A stretch of 64,000 bases of DNA from Alphaproteobacteria bacterium (GTDB lineage: Bacteria; Pseudomonadota; Alphaproteobacteria; MPNO01), in the NCBI GenBank assembly GCA_965248835.1, contig CBDFLJ010000002.1:1696001-1760000 (forward strand), in the 5' to 3' direction. The position numbers and the translations under genes were made by a program. Positions 19,808 to 29,324 of the stretch are shown here, in pieces (the stretch's first letter is position 1; each line of letters opens with the position of its first letter). The notes beneath the pieces are model-generated. The model was not told where the DNA came from, searched no databases, and saw only the letters and a list, made by a program, of their open reading frames with translations.

Positions 19808-19966
19808 AGCCGGCCTCGCGGGGACACCTGGCCGGACAGGCAATGTGACGGCGGCGCAAGGCCCGGTTTGGGCATTGCGCTCCGATAGCCTGATCGCCGA
19901 CAATGCGGGCCATGGGCGCGGCGGCCGCAACGGCCGTCCGTGCGGCGCGGATTGTGGAGAAGACGG

Positions 19967-21310
19967 ATGGCGGACCTGGCAGTCGAATTCTGCGGCGTTC
20001 AGTTCAAGAACCCCATCGTGGCGGCCTCGCTGGAGACCACCAACAGCCCGGACCTGATGAAGCAATGCTTCGACTACGGCGCGGCCGGCGCGATCATCAA
20101 GACGTTGACCGATATCGAGGACATGGCGCGGCTGACCGAGAACTCGAAATACGCGATTCTCAATGACCGCGGCGACATCATCAAAGGCAAGGTGCCGCGC
20201 GACTTCGTCTTCTACAGCCGCTCGGGCTACTCCAGCACCTACTACAAGGACTGGGTGCCCTATCTCAAGGAAATCGGCGCCTATGCGCGCGAGCGCGACG
20301 CCCACCTGATCGGCTCCGCCGGCGCCAACGACATCGACGGCTGGAAGGACATCTGCCGCACCTTCGAGGATTGCGGCCTGCCGATGGTCGAGCTCAATTT
20401 CGGCTGCCCGCACCCGGCGATGATGCCGGGCGTCCACGGCGGCTCGATGATCGGCCAGGAAACGGATGTCGCCTTCGAGGTCACCCGCGCGGTGGTCGAG
20501 GCCTGCGACATCCCGATCGTGGTCAAGCTGACGCCGGATCAGTCGCAGCCGGTCGCCATCGCCCGCGCGGTCCAGGCCGGCGGCGCGTCCGCGGTCACCG
20601 CGACCAACCGCCACACCGGATTCGCCGTGGACATCGAGACCGGCGAGCCGCGGATTGCCGGCACCGCGGGGATCGGCGGCACCTGGGTCAAGCCGCTGAC
20701 GCTGCGCTGGGTGCACAACATCTACACCCAGGTCGGCATCCCGATCGCCGGCTCCAACGGCATCTTCGATCACCGCGACGCGGTCGAGTTCCTGATGACC
20801 GGCGCGGATATCGTCGAGGTCGGCTCGGTGCTGATGATCAAGGGCATGAAATGGTTGCCCAAGATCATCGAGGGCGTGGACAAGTTCATGGACGAGCACG
20901 GCTACAAGGACCTCGCCGCGATGCGGGGTATCGCCTCGGCGGCGGCGGCCAAGGACTACGCCGACCAGTTCGCCCGGCCGCGCATGCACGCCGTCGTCAA
21001 CGAGGAGACCTGCCAGAACCCGACCTGCACGGTATGCATCCAGATGTGTTTCTACGAGGCGCTGTCGCAGAACCCGGCGGGCAAGATCGACGTCCATGCC
21101 GACAGTTGCATCGGCTGCGAGCTGTGCTACGACGTCTGCCCGTTCGATTCGATCTCGATGCATCTGACTCAGCCGGCCCAGCTCGAAGCCGGCTATTTCG
21201 ACGTTCCCGACAACGTCTACGAGGCCCCTGGCAAGTTCGTCACCCGGCGCAACAACATGGAAACCATCATCGCCCACAACCCCAAGGGTGTCGCTGAGGC
21301 GGCGGAATAG
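19967..21310 (+). CDS. preA: Dihydropyrimidine/dihydroorotate dehydrogenase-family protein with C-terminal ferredoxin (PreA-like)
   Basis: FKNP, IIKT, ELNFGCPH catalytic Cys, VKLTP, ATN, C-terminal CxxxxCxxCxxxC and CxxCxxCxxxCP. Confidence 0.75.
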   Translation: MADLAVEFCGVQFKNPIVAASLETTNSPDLMKQCFDYGAAGAIIKTLTDIEDMARLTENSKYAILNDRGDIIKGKVPRDFVFYSRSGYSSTYYKDWVPYLKEIGAYARERDAHLIGSAGANDIDGWKDICRTFEDCGLPMVELNFGCPHPAMMPGVHGGSMIGQETDVAFEVTRAVVEACDIPIVVKLTPDQSQPVAIARAVQAGGASAVTATNRHTGFAVDIETGEPRIAGTAGIGGTWVKPLTLRWVHNIYTQVGIPIAGSNGIFDHRDAVEFLMTGADIVEVGSVLMIKGMKWLPKIIEGVDKFMDEHGYKDLAAMRGIASAAAAKDYADQFARPRMHAVVNEETCQNPTCTVCIQMCFYEALSQNPAGKIDVHADSCIGCELCYDVCPFDSISMHLTQPAQLEAGYFDVPDNVYEAPGKFVTRRNNMETIIAHNPKGVAEAAE

Positions 21311-21352
21311 CGCCGGCCATACGCCCGATCCCGGTCGGGGCACCTCCGTGCG

Positions 21353-22627
21353 GTGAGCAGATCCGCGGCGTTCGGCGGGATCGGCAGTGCGCTGGCCCAC
21401 CGGGACTACCGGCTCTATTCGGTCGGCGCCGGGGCGTCCTACCTCGGGACCTGGATCTACCGCACCGGGCTCGGCTGGTTCACCTGGGAGTTGACCGAGT
21501 CGACGGCCTGGCTCGGGATCGTGGTCTTTACCGAGGTGCTGCCGATCATCTGCCTGGTGCCGATCACCGGCGCGCTGGTCGACCGTGTGGGCGCGCTCAA
21601 GATCGCCCGGCTGACCCAAATCATCGCGGCGACGGTGATGACGGCCCTCGCCGTCCTCACCGCGTTCGATCTCATGACCATCGAGCTGTTGCTGGGACTG
21701 GTCTTCCTCAACGGCGTGACCATGTCGCTGATGCAGGCGTCCTATTTCTCGCTGGTCGCAAGCCTCGTGCCGCGCGCCGACCTGTCCTCGGCGGTGGCAC
21801 TCCAGTCCTCGCTGGTCCAGACGGCGCGGTTCATCGGTCCGGCGATCGCAGGCGCGCTGCTGATCGTGCTGGGCTCGGCGGCGGCGTTCGCGATCAACGC
21901 CGTCTCCTACTGCGCGCTCCTGTGGGCGTTGCTGGCGCTTCATTACCGCGATCCGCCGGCTCCGGCGGAGGCGACCTCCAGCCTGTTCGGCGACATCGTC
22001 CAGGGCATCGCCTACATCATCGGCGAGCGGACTATCCGCGCGCTGCTGTTGCTGACGGTCGCATTCTCGCTGCTGCTGCGCCCGGTTATCGAGCTGATGC
22101 CGGCGTTCGCCTCGGATGTCTTCGGGCGCGGTGCCGACGGACTGGCCTGGTTTCTGTCGATCGCCGGGCTCGGGGCGATCTTCGGCTCGCTGTGGATCGC
22201 GCGCCGTGGCCGGGCCGAGGGGCTGACCCGCCTGATGGCAGCGACCGCGATCCTAAGCGGCATCGCACTGCTGGCCTTCGCGCAGACCACGATCTTCTGG
22301 TTCGCGATCGTGCTGATGGCTGTCTACGGCCTTGCCTCCAACATCAACTCGATCTGCAGCCAGATCCTGATCCAGAACGTGGTCGAACCGAGAATGCGCG
22401 CGCGGGTGATGAGCCTTGTCGGGCTGACGTTCCGCGCCGTGCCGGCGGCGAGCGCGGCGCTGTTGGGCGCAATCGCCGTGGACTGGGGGCTGGGCACGCC
22501 GATCTCGATCGCCGCCGGGCTCGGGATCCTGTGCGGGTGCTGGGTGTTCGGCCAGATGCGTGCAGGCCGTCTCGACCGGCGGGCGGAGCGCGGGATCAGT
22601 CCGGCAGCGCCCGGGCGCGCGCGCTGA
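21353..22627 (+). CDS. MFS transporter (MFS_3/EntS-like)
   Basis: 12-TM hydrophobic pattern, GALVDR, ARFIGPAIAG, RARVMS. Confidence 0.88.
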   Translation: MSRSAAFGGIGSALAHRDYRLYSVGAGASYLGTWIYRTGLGWFTWELTESTAWLGIVVFTEVLPIICLVPITGALVDRVGALKIARLTQIIAATVMTALAVLTAFDLMTIELLLGLVFLNGVTMSLMQASYFSLVASLVPRADLSSAVALQSSLVQTARFIGPAIAGALLIVLGSAAAFAINAVSYCALLWALLALHYRDPPAPAEATSSLFGDIVQGIAYIIGERTIRALLLLTVAFSLLLRPVIELMPAFASDVFGRGADGLAWFLSIAGLGAIFGSLWIARRGRAEGLTRLMAATAILSGIALLAFAQTTIFWFAIVLMAVYGLASNINSICSQILIQNVVEPRMRARVMSLVGLTFRAVPAASAALLGAIAVDWGLGTPISIAAGLGILCGCWVFGQMRAGRLDRRAERGISPAAPGRAR

Positions 22628-24140
22628 GCGCAACCTTGTCGAGCTTGCCGGTGGACCCGACGGGCAGAGCATCGAGCGCGATGATCCGCGCCGGGCGCTT
22701 GTAGGGCGCAAGCTGCGCCGCGGCAAAGGCGGCCACCGCACTCGGGTCGATGCGCCGGCCGGGTACGGCTTCGACGAAGCCGATCACCTCTTCGTTTCCC
22801 GCCACCGCGCGGCCGACGACAGCGGATTGCTGGACATCTTCGTGGCCGGTCAGGACATCCTCGACCTCGGCCGGATAGACGTTGAAGCCCGAACGGATGA
22901 TCAGCTCCTTGAGACGGCCGACGATGTGGATCTGGCCGTCCTCGTCGAGCCGGGCGAGGTCGCCGACCGCGACCCACCCACGCGCATCGATGGTTGCCGC
23001 CGTCGCCTCCGGCTCGCGGAAATAGCCAGACATCGCGTTCGGGCCGCGGCATTGGACCTCGCCGACCTCGCCACGGGCAACCTCTTTGCCGTCGCTGCCG
23101 ACCAGACGCAGATCGACCCCCGGCCAGACATAACCGGCAGCGCCCTGGTTGGGCTTCACCCCCGGCGGCGTGGTCGCGATCGGCGAGAACTCGGTCGCGG
23201 CGTAGCCGGTGCTGAGCGGCATGCCGAAGGCGCGCCCGGCCGCCTCGCGCAGCGCCGCGTCGACCGGCGAGCCGCCGGCCAGCACCTGCTTGAGCCGCGG
23301 TGCGTCGATCGCCGCGCCGCTCGCTTCGGCCCGTGCCAGCAGCGCCGCGAACATCGGCGGCGCGCTGAAGACATGGGTGAGGCGTCCGCTGGCAAGACCG
23401 GCAAGCACCGCCTCGGCGTCGAACCGGGCGGCGAATTCGAACGCCGCGCCGGTGTGGATCACCGGCATCACCAGGCCGGAGAGCCCCAGGATATGGACCA
23501 TGGGCGCGATCACGTAGGGGCAGTCGCCGGGCGCGAAGCGCGCCGCGGAAACGGTGGCGCCCTGGTAGAGGATCGTCCGGTGCGACAGCATCGCACCCTT
23601 GGGCCGGCCGGTGGTGCCGGAGGTGAAGATCATCGCCGCGGTCTGACGGGCCGGATCGTCGTGGACGGGCTCCGGCATGGCGTCCGCGCAGGCCGGCGCG
23701 AGGCCGAGCGCGCCGAAGGCGCGGTCCGCGTGGATGTCCGCACCGGCGGCACGCGCATGCACCCGCGCCTCTTCGGAGATTTCGGTAGTAAACACCGCGA
23801 ACCGCGCCTCGGCGCGTTCGACGATCACCGCGATCTCGCGGGCCGACAGCCGCGCGTTGGCCATCACCGCCCAGGCATCGTGCGATGTGATCGCGTAAAA
23901 GGCGCAAAGCGCGGCGAAGCAGTTCTCCATCACCAGCACGATGCGATCGCCCGGCCGTATGCCGGCGCGGCCGAGCACGGCGGCGAAGGAATCGATGCCG
24001 GCGGCGAGGTCGCCATAGGTCCAGGTCGCCGGCCCGGTATGGACCACCGGTGCGTCCGGCGTCTCGGCGGCCCAGCGCAGCGGGATGTCGATCGCCCGCC
24101 TGGGCAGGGTGGCGATGATTTCGTCCTGGTAGCCGCTCAT
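22596..24140 (-). CDS. AMP-binding acyl-CoA synthetase
   Basis: FTSGTTGRPKG, GYAATE, GDLA, GRLKELIIRSGFNVYPAEVE, TGKLDK. Confidence 0.92.
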   Translation of the reverse strand: MSGYQDEIIATLPRRAIDIPLRWAAETPDAPVVHTGPATWTYGDLAAGIDSFAAVLGRAGIRPGDRIVLVMENCFAALCAFYAITSHDAWAVMANARLSAREIAVIVERAEARFAVFTTEISEEARVHARAAGADIHADRAFGALGLAPACADAMPEPVHDDPARQTAAMIFTSGTTGRPKGAMLSHRTILYQGATVSAARFAPGDCPYVIAPMVHILGLSGLVMPVIHTGAAFEFAARFDAEAVLAGLASGRLTHVFSAPPMFAALLARAEASGAAIDAPRLKQVLAGGSPVDAALREAAGRAFGMPLSTGYAATEFSPIATTPPGVKPNQGAAGYVWPGVDLRLVGSDGKEVARGEVGEVQCRGPNAMSGYFREPEATAATIDARGWVAVGDLARLDEDGQIHIVGRLKELIIRSGFNVYPAEVEDVLTGHEDVQQSAVVGRAVAGNEEVIGFVEAVPGRRIDPSAVAAFAAAQLAPYKRPARIIALDALPVGSTGKLDKVALSARARALPD

Positions 24141-24153
24141 CGACCGAGCGGAC

Positions 24154-25188
24154 TCACGCGGCGGTCCACTCCGCCTCGGCGCCGATACGGGTCTCCAGCA
24201 TGCGGCGGAACAGCATGCCCGGCCCGTCGACGTTGATGTCGATCGTCCGTCTGCCCGGGTGCCGATCGATATTGGCCTGCTGGGCACCGAGGATGCCGAT
24301 GTCCTCGGAGAAGACCACGCGGAAATCCCTGTGGAAGGTCTCGTCGACCGCGCGGTCGCCTAGCCCGAAGCTCCGCGTATGAGCGTAGAAGTAATGGGTC
24401 GTCGTGGCGGTTTCCGGCGTCAGGGCGTTGAGGTTGAAGAACTCCATGCGCCGATCGAGCGGCGCCTCGGCGCAGCCGGCGCCGGGCGGCGCGCAGCCGG
24501 CGTGGACGCTGTTGTAGGACGGCAATGTGGAGACCGCGACCTGCCAGCGGTCGACGTTGCCAGTGAACCGGCCGAGGTCGCGGTACAGCGGCGGCGGCGG
24601 CGAATCGCGGACCACGCGGGTCATCTTGACGAAATCGTCGCCGCGCTCGGTGATGATCGGGAATTCGGCCACGTTGCCGGTGCCGATCGAGCCGGCATGG
24701 ACGTAGGCGACATGCGACAGGTCGAGCAGGTTGTCGTTGACCAAGAGGTAGTTGGACTCGACATGGAACGGATCGCCGCCCTTGACCGGCGCCCAGTCGG
24801 GATGGTCCATGCGCCACCAGTCCGGGATCAGCGCCGGATCGGCCCGGTCCGGATCGCCCATCCAGATCCAGATCCATTTGTGGCGCTCGACCACCGGATA
24901 GGCGCGGACCGCGGCGCCGGGCGGGATGGCGCTCTGGCCCGGCACCTCGACGCAAACGCCGTTGCGGTCGAAACGCAGGCCGTGATAGCCGCATTGCAGA
25001 CTATCGCCGAGGATCCGCCCCATCGACAGCGGCAGGGCGCGGTGGCAGCAGCGGTCTTCCAGCGCGACCGGCGTGCCGTCGGCGGTGCGGTAGAGCACCA
25101 CCGCCTGGTCGAGCAGCGTGCGCGCGAACGGCGCGTCGGCGACCTCGTGGTCCCATGCCGCGGCGTACCAACATTCGCGCAAATACAT
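24154..25188 (-). CDS. Rieske oxygenase, vanillate O-demethylase (VanA)-like
   Basis: DRCCHRALPLS...CGYHGL, DNLLDLSHVAYVH, VFSED. Confidence 0.9.
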   Translation of the reverse strand: MYLRECWYAAAWDHEVADAPFARTLLDQAVVLYRTADGTPVALEDRCCHRALPLSMGRILGDSLQCGYHGLRFDRNGVCVEVPGQSAIPPGAAVRAYPVVERHKWIWIWMGDPDRADPALIPDWWRMDHPDWAPVKGGDPFHVESNYLLVNDNLLDLSHVAYVHAGSIGTGNVAEFPIITERGDDFVKMTRVVRDSPPPPLYRDLGRFTGNVDRWQVAVSTLPSYNSVHAGCAPPGAGCAEAPLDRRMEFFNLNALTPETATTTHYFYAHTRSFGLGDRAVDETFHRDFRVVFSEDIGILGAQQANIDRHPGRRTIDINVDGPGMLFRRMLETRIGAEAEWTAA

Positions 25189-25223
25189 CGGCGTCTCCGA
25201 ACCGTTCCCAACGGCGTCCAGTT

Positions 25224-26192
25224 TCAGGAAGAACTCGCCGCCGGGTCAAGCCGGGGGAACAGCGCGCGTGCGTTGGCGTATTCCATCATCGTGCGCGCGG
25301 TCTCGTCGAAGCCCGCGTAGCCGTCGGTGCCGGCGGTCTCCGCCTCGGCAGTGCGTTCGGGGATATACGGATAGTCGGTACCGAACAGGATCCGGGCCGG
25401 ATCGGCCAGCGCCTGCAAGGCGGCCAGCACCGCCGCATCGCCGGACAGCGCGGTGTCGTAGTAGAGCCGGCGGAAATACGCCCGCGCGCCCTCGGGATAC
25501 CGCTCCCGATGGGCGGTCAGATCATCAAAGATCTCGATCCGGTGGGCAAGCATCGGCAGCACGCCGCCGGCATGAGACAGGATGAAGGCGATGCCGGGCA
25601 TCTCGGCCAGGACGCCGGTGAACAGAAGATTGGCCGTGGCCCGCGTCGTCTCGCATGGGTAGTCGACGATCGGCCGCGGGACCACGTGGTCGCGCTCGGC
25701 GCTTTGCGGCGGATAGGTCGGATGGAGCAGCACCACCGCCTTCCTGCGGTCGAGCTCGCGGTAGATCTCGTGGAAGTCGGCATGGCCGGCATAGCGGTCA
25801 TCGACCTGGGTCAGATGGATGAAACCGTCGAGCCCGAGCACGTCCTGGCAGCGGGCGATCTCGGCAAGGCAGGCCTCGGTATCGGGAAATGGCAGTATGG
25901 CGAGCGCGCCGAAACGTCCGGGATGGGCGGCCACCAGGTCGGCCAGATAGTCGTTGCAGCGCCGCGCGAGCACCGCGGCCGCCGCACGGTCGCCGAAATA
26001 GACCCCCGGGGCGGTGAACGACATGAGCGCCGTCGCGATCCCCAGCCTGTCCATCAGCGCGAGCGAGGTTTCGGGCGACCAGTCGGGGAAGGCGCGATAG
26101 GCCGTCGAGGGATAGCCTCCGGCGGTCTGCGCTTCGCGGAAGAACGCCGGCAGCACATGGTGGTGCACGTCGATTCGATCCTGCCTCGCCAT
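25224..26192 (-). CDS. Amidohydrolase_2 family protein (ACMSD/aromatic decarboxylase-like)
   Basis: IDVHHH, LLHP, SHAGG, YYDTA, FGTDYPY. Confidence 0.88.
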   Translation of the reverse strand: MARQDRIDVHHHVLPAFFREAQTAGGYPSTAYRAFPDWSPETSLALMDRLGIATALMSFTAPGVYFGDRAAAAVLARRCNDYLADLVAAHPGRFGALAILPFPDTEACLAEIARCQDVLGLDGFIHLTQVDDRYAGHADFHEIYRELDRRKAVVLLHPTYPPQSAERDHVVPRPIVDYPCETTRATANLLFTGVLAEMPGIAFILSHAGGVLPMLAHRIEIFDDLTAHRERYPEGARAYFRRLYYDTALSGDAAVLAALQALADPARILFGTDYPYIPERTAEAETAGTDGYAGFDETARTMMEYANARALFPRLDPAASSS

Positions 26193-26268
26193 CTGGTCAC
26201 CTCCTCGTTGCGCGAACCCGCGGAATGGCGAACTATAGCCTCACCGGACAAAGATGCGAGGACGCGCC

Positions 26269-26868
26269 ATGGCCGAAACCGGTATTGCAGCCTTCGAAAG
26301 GTTCGTCGCCGAGACTCGAGCGCTCTACGAAGACGGGCTGGAGGGCGAGACGCTGTGGCGGGCGATCGCGGAGCGGCTGGAGGATCTGGTCGGCGACCAG
26401 GACTTCAAGCGCCTGACCGACGATTGGCCGATCGGCGACGGCAAACAGTACGTGCTCTACGAGGACCCCGACCACGGCTTCGTCATCGACGGGCTGGTGC
26501 GCGGCCACTACCACAAGGCGGCCAGGCATGACCACGCCCATACCTGGACGGCTTACGGAATCGTGACAGGCTGGGAACGGATGACGCGCTATACCAGGAC
26601 CGATGACGGCACGGACCCCAAACGCGCCGACCTCGAGCTGGTCTCCTCGGAGATCTGCCGGGAGGGGACCGTCGACGTGATCCCGCCGTGGGACATCCAC
26701 ACCGAGTCCAACGACGACAACCGCGCCGTCGCACTCTCGGTGAGGAGCGAGACCCTGGGCCATTTCGACCAGACGATCTTCCGCGAGGACGGTACGCTCG
26801 GCGTGGTCCGGGGCCTGAAGCGCATCGACTTTCCACTTCTACAGGGACGGACATGGGCGAGCACCTGA
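26269..26868 (+). CDS. Cysteine dioxygenase-like cupin
   Basis: LYEDPDHGF, HDH..TW..YG, IH three-His cupin pattern. Confidence 0.72.
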   Translation: MAETGIAAFERFVAETRALYEDGLEGETLWRAIAERLEDLVGDQDFKRLTDDWPIGDGKQYVLYEDPDHGFVIDGLVRGHYHKAARHDHAHTWTAYGIVTGWERMTRYTRTDDGTDPKRADLELVSSEICREGTVDVIPPWDIHTESNDDNRAVALSVRSETLGHFDQTIFREDGTLGVVRGLKRIDFPLLQGRTWAST

Positions 26869-27701
26869 ACGATGCACAGATCGAGCAATACCACCGCGAC
26901 GGCTATGTCTGCCCGATGCGGGCACTGGGCCGCGACGAGGCGGCGGCGGCGACCGCAAAGCTCGAGGCCTTCGAGGCCGAGCACGGGGTCGAGGCGCAGC
27001 AGAAGCTCGTCTTCAAGGCCCACCTGCCGTTCAAGTGGCTCAATGACCTGATTCGCCACCCGCGGATCCTCGATGCGGTCGAGGACGTGATCGGGCCCAA
27101 CCTGTTGTGCTGGGGGACCGGCTTCTTTCAGAAGAACGCACGTGATCCGCGGTTCGTGTCCTGGCACCAGGATACGTTCTATTACGGGCTCGAGCCGTCG
27201 GAGACCTGTACCGCCTGGCTCGCCTTCACGCCCTCGAACCTGGACTCGGGGTGCGTCCGGGTGATCCCGGGCTCGCACCGCGAAGACCCCAACCTCGCCT
27301 TCGTCAATGAGCCCAACGAGCACAACCTCCTGATCCGCGGCCAGACCATCAAGGGGATCGAACTGGACCGGGCCCGGCCGATGATCCTCGATGCCGGGGA
27401 ATTCTCGCTGCACCACGAATCGATCGTCCACGGCTCGGATCCCAACAACTCCGATCACCGTCGGATCGGGCTTTCGATCCACTACATTTCGCCCGACGTG
27501 CGGCGCGCACAGTACAATTTCGGCGCCAAGCCCGGCGCGACTCTGGTGCGCGGCATCGACCCGTACGGCTATTGGGAGCACGAGGCCGCGCCGGAAGACG
27601 CGTTCGACGCCGAGGCGTTCGCGTTCTTGAACAGGATGCGGGCGGAGTTCTTCCAACGCGGCCGCGACGGGGTGAAGGCCGACAAGCCCGCGCGCACCTG
27701 A
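26853..27701 (+). CDS. Phytanoyl-CoA dioxygenase (PhyH) family 2OG-Fe(II) oxygenase
   Basis: YHRDGY, WHQD (HxD), GCVRVIPGSH, HGS.PN.S..RR. Confidence 0.92.
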   Translation: MGEHLNDAQIEQYHRDGYVCPMRALGRDEAAAATAKLEAFEAEHGVEAQQKLVFKAHLPFKWLNDLIRHPRILDAVEDVIGPNLLCWGTGFFQKNARDPRFVSWHQDTFYYGLEPSETCTAWLAFTPSNLDSGCVRVIPGSHREDPNLAFVNEPNEHNLLIRGQTIKGIELDRARPMILDAGEFSLHHESIVHGSDPNNSDHRRIGLSIHYISPDVRRAQYNFGAKPGATLVRGIDPYGYWEHEAAPEDAFDAEAFAFLNRMRAEFFQRGRDGVKADKPART

Positions 27702-27713
27702 CCCGACGGCGGG

Positions 27714-28844
27714 ATGCGACCTGCGACCCGGATGGACGGGCCGAACCGGTTCAAGCTCGGCCTGTTCTGCACCAACAGCTCCGGCGGGGTCGCGATGACC
27801 ACGGTGCCGGAACGCTGGGTGGCGTCGTGGGAGAACAACCTCACCGTCACCCGGATGGCCGAAGCGGCCGGTTGGGAGTTCACCCTGCCCATCGCGCGAT
27901 GGCACGGCTATCGGGGAAAGACCGACACCCAGGGCAGCGCGATGGAGACGCTGACCTGGGCGGCCGCGCTGCTTGCCAGCACCGAGGCGATCACCGTCTT
28001 CGGCACGCTGCACGTACCGCTCATCAACCCGGTGTTCGCGGCCAAGCAGATCGTCACCGCCGATCTCGTCGGCCGGGGGCGGTTCGGCCTCAACATGGTC
28101 TCGGGCTGGCACCCGGAGGAGTTCGCGATGTTCGGCATCGAACTGCGCGAACATGAGGAGCGCTACGCTTTCACCGCGGAATGGCTGGAGATCGTAACCC
28201 GCATCTGGTCGGAGACGCTGCCCTTCCACCACAAGGGCAGGTTCTTCGACCTCAAGGGGGTGAGCCTTGCGCCCCAGCCCTATGGCGGGGGCCGGCCGCT
28301 GCTGATGAGCGCGGGCTCGTCTCCGGCCGGGCGCGCGTTCGCCGCCGCCCATGTCGATTGCATCTTCGCGGCCTTCCCCGACCTCGATGCGCTGCCGGGC
28401 GAAATCGCCGCGATCCGCAAGATGGCGGACCCGCGTCCGATCGGTGTGTATGCCAGCGGCCACATGGTGTGCCGCCGCACCCGGCGCGAGGCGCAGGAGT
28501 ACTATCACTACTACACTTACGAGATGGGAGACTGGGACGCGGTCGAGCACACGCTGAGCATCCGCGGCCAGTCCCGGTCGATCCCGGCCGAAAAGCTCGC
28601 CGCCATGAAGGAGCGCCTGGTCAGCGGCGTCGGCACCTTCCCGGTCGTCGGTTCGCTCGACGACTGCGCCGAGACCTTCCGCCGCATGAGCGAGGGCGGG
28701 CTCGACGGCATGGCGCTGGGCCTGGTCAACTACATCGACGAACTGCCCTTCCTCGAGGCCGAGCTCCTGCCGCGCATGGAGCGCCTGGGGCTGAGGCAGC
28801 CCGCGCGCGCCAAGTCGATACCTCCAAAAACCTCACAGGCCTGA
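27714..28844 (+). CDS. LLM-class flavin-dependent monooxygenase (RutA-like)
   Basis: FKLGLF..N.SGG, LPIARW.GY.G, GRFGLN.VSGW, MSAGSSPAG. Confidence 0.88.
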   Translation: MRPATRMDGPNRFKLGLFCTNSSGGVAMTTVPERWVASWENNLTVTRMAEAAGWEFTLPIARWHGYRGKTDTQGSAMETLTWAAALLASTEAITVFGTLHVPLINPVFAAKQIVTADLVGRGRFGLNMVSGWHPEEFAMFGIELREHEERYAFTAEWLEIVTRIWSETLPFHHKGRFFDLKGVSLAPQPYGGGRPLLMSAGSSPAGRAFAAAHVDCIFAAFPDLDALPGEIAAIRKMADPRPIGVYASGHMVCRRTRREAQEYYHYYTYEMGDWDAVEHTLSIRGQSRSIPAEKLAAMKERLVSGVGTFPVVGSLDDCAETFRRMSEGGLDGMALGLVNYIDELPFLEAELLPRMERLGLRQPARAKSIPPKTSQA

Positions 28845-28902
28845 TCCCGATATGATCCTCCCCGGATGGCCGGCGGAATGGGTGAATCTTGACGAGACAT
28901 GC

Positions 28903-29072
28903 GGGATTGTCCGGCTTACCGGATCATTAGCGCAGGCATTGATCGACCGGCGATCCACTGGAAATGCCGGCGCGGGCGGTCGACTTCGAGATCTTCCGCG
29001 AACCGCTTGAAGCGGCACTGGACTATTCGGACGCCTCCGAAGGCGGCCGCCCGGCCGGCGACCCGGAGATGA
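28903..29072 (+). pseudogene. IS5-family transposase N-terminal remnant
   Basis: Degenerate GDPLE..AVDFEIFREPLEAALDYSDASEGGRP..DPEM, typical of IS5-subgroup transposase N-termini; boundaries approximate. Confidence 0.65.
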
Positions 29073-29324
29073 GCTGTTTGCTGCCTTCGATTGCGCGCTT
29101 TGTCGTAGCGACAATCTTACCGTCAAGCTGCCCGCCGTGGCAGCCTGAGCGTCCCCGCCCTACCCGCCGGATGCCGCGTAGGACGCCAGGCTCTTACACC
29201 ACCGAGGCGCACCTTCGGTGCTAACCCATTGAAGAAGGGTCGTTTTTCTCTCCCGTCGAAGCCGGCCAGGAACGGATTCTGCAACTGTCTGTTCCCCGGC
29301 TGCAACCGAAACCGGGAGACATAG

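Noticed and set aside
28845-29324. tRNA or att site at the island's left boundary
   Set aside because: No cloverleaf, T-loop or CCA end, and no direct repeat partner found by eye; only an IS5 remnant and a weak hairpin
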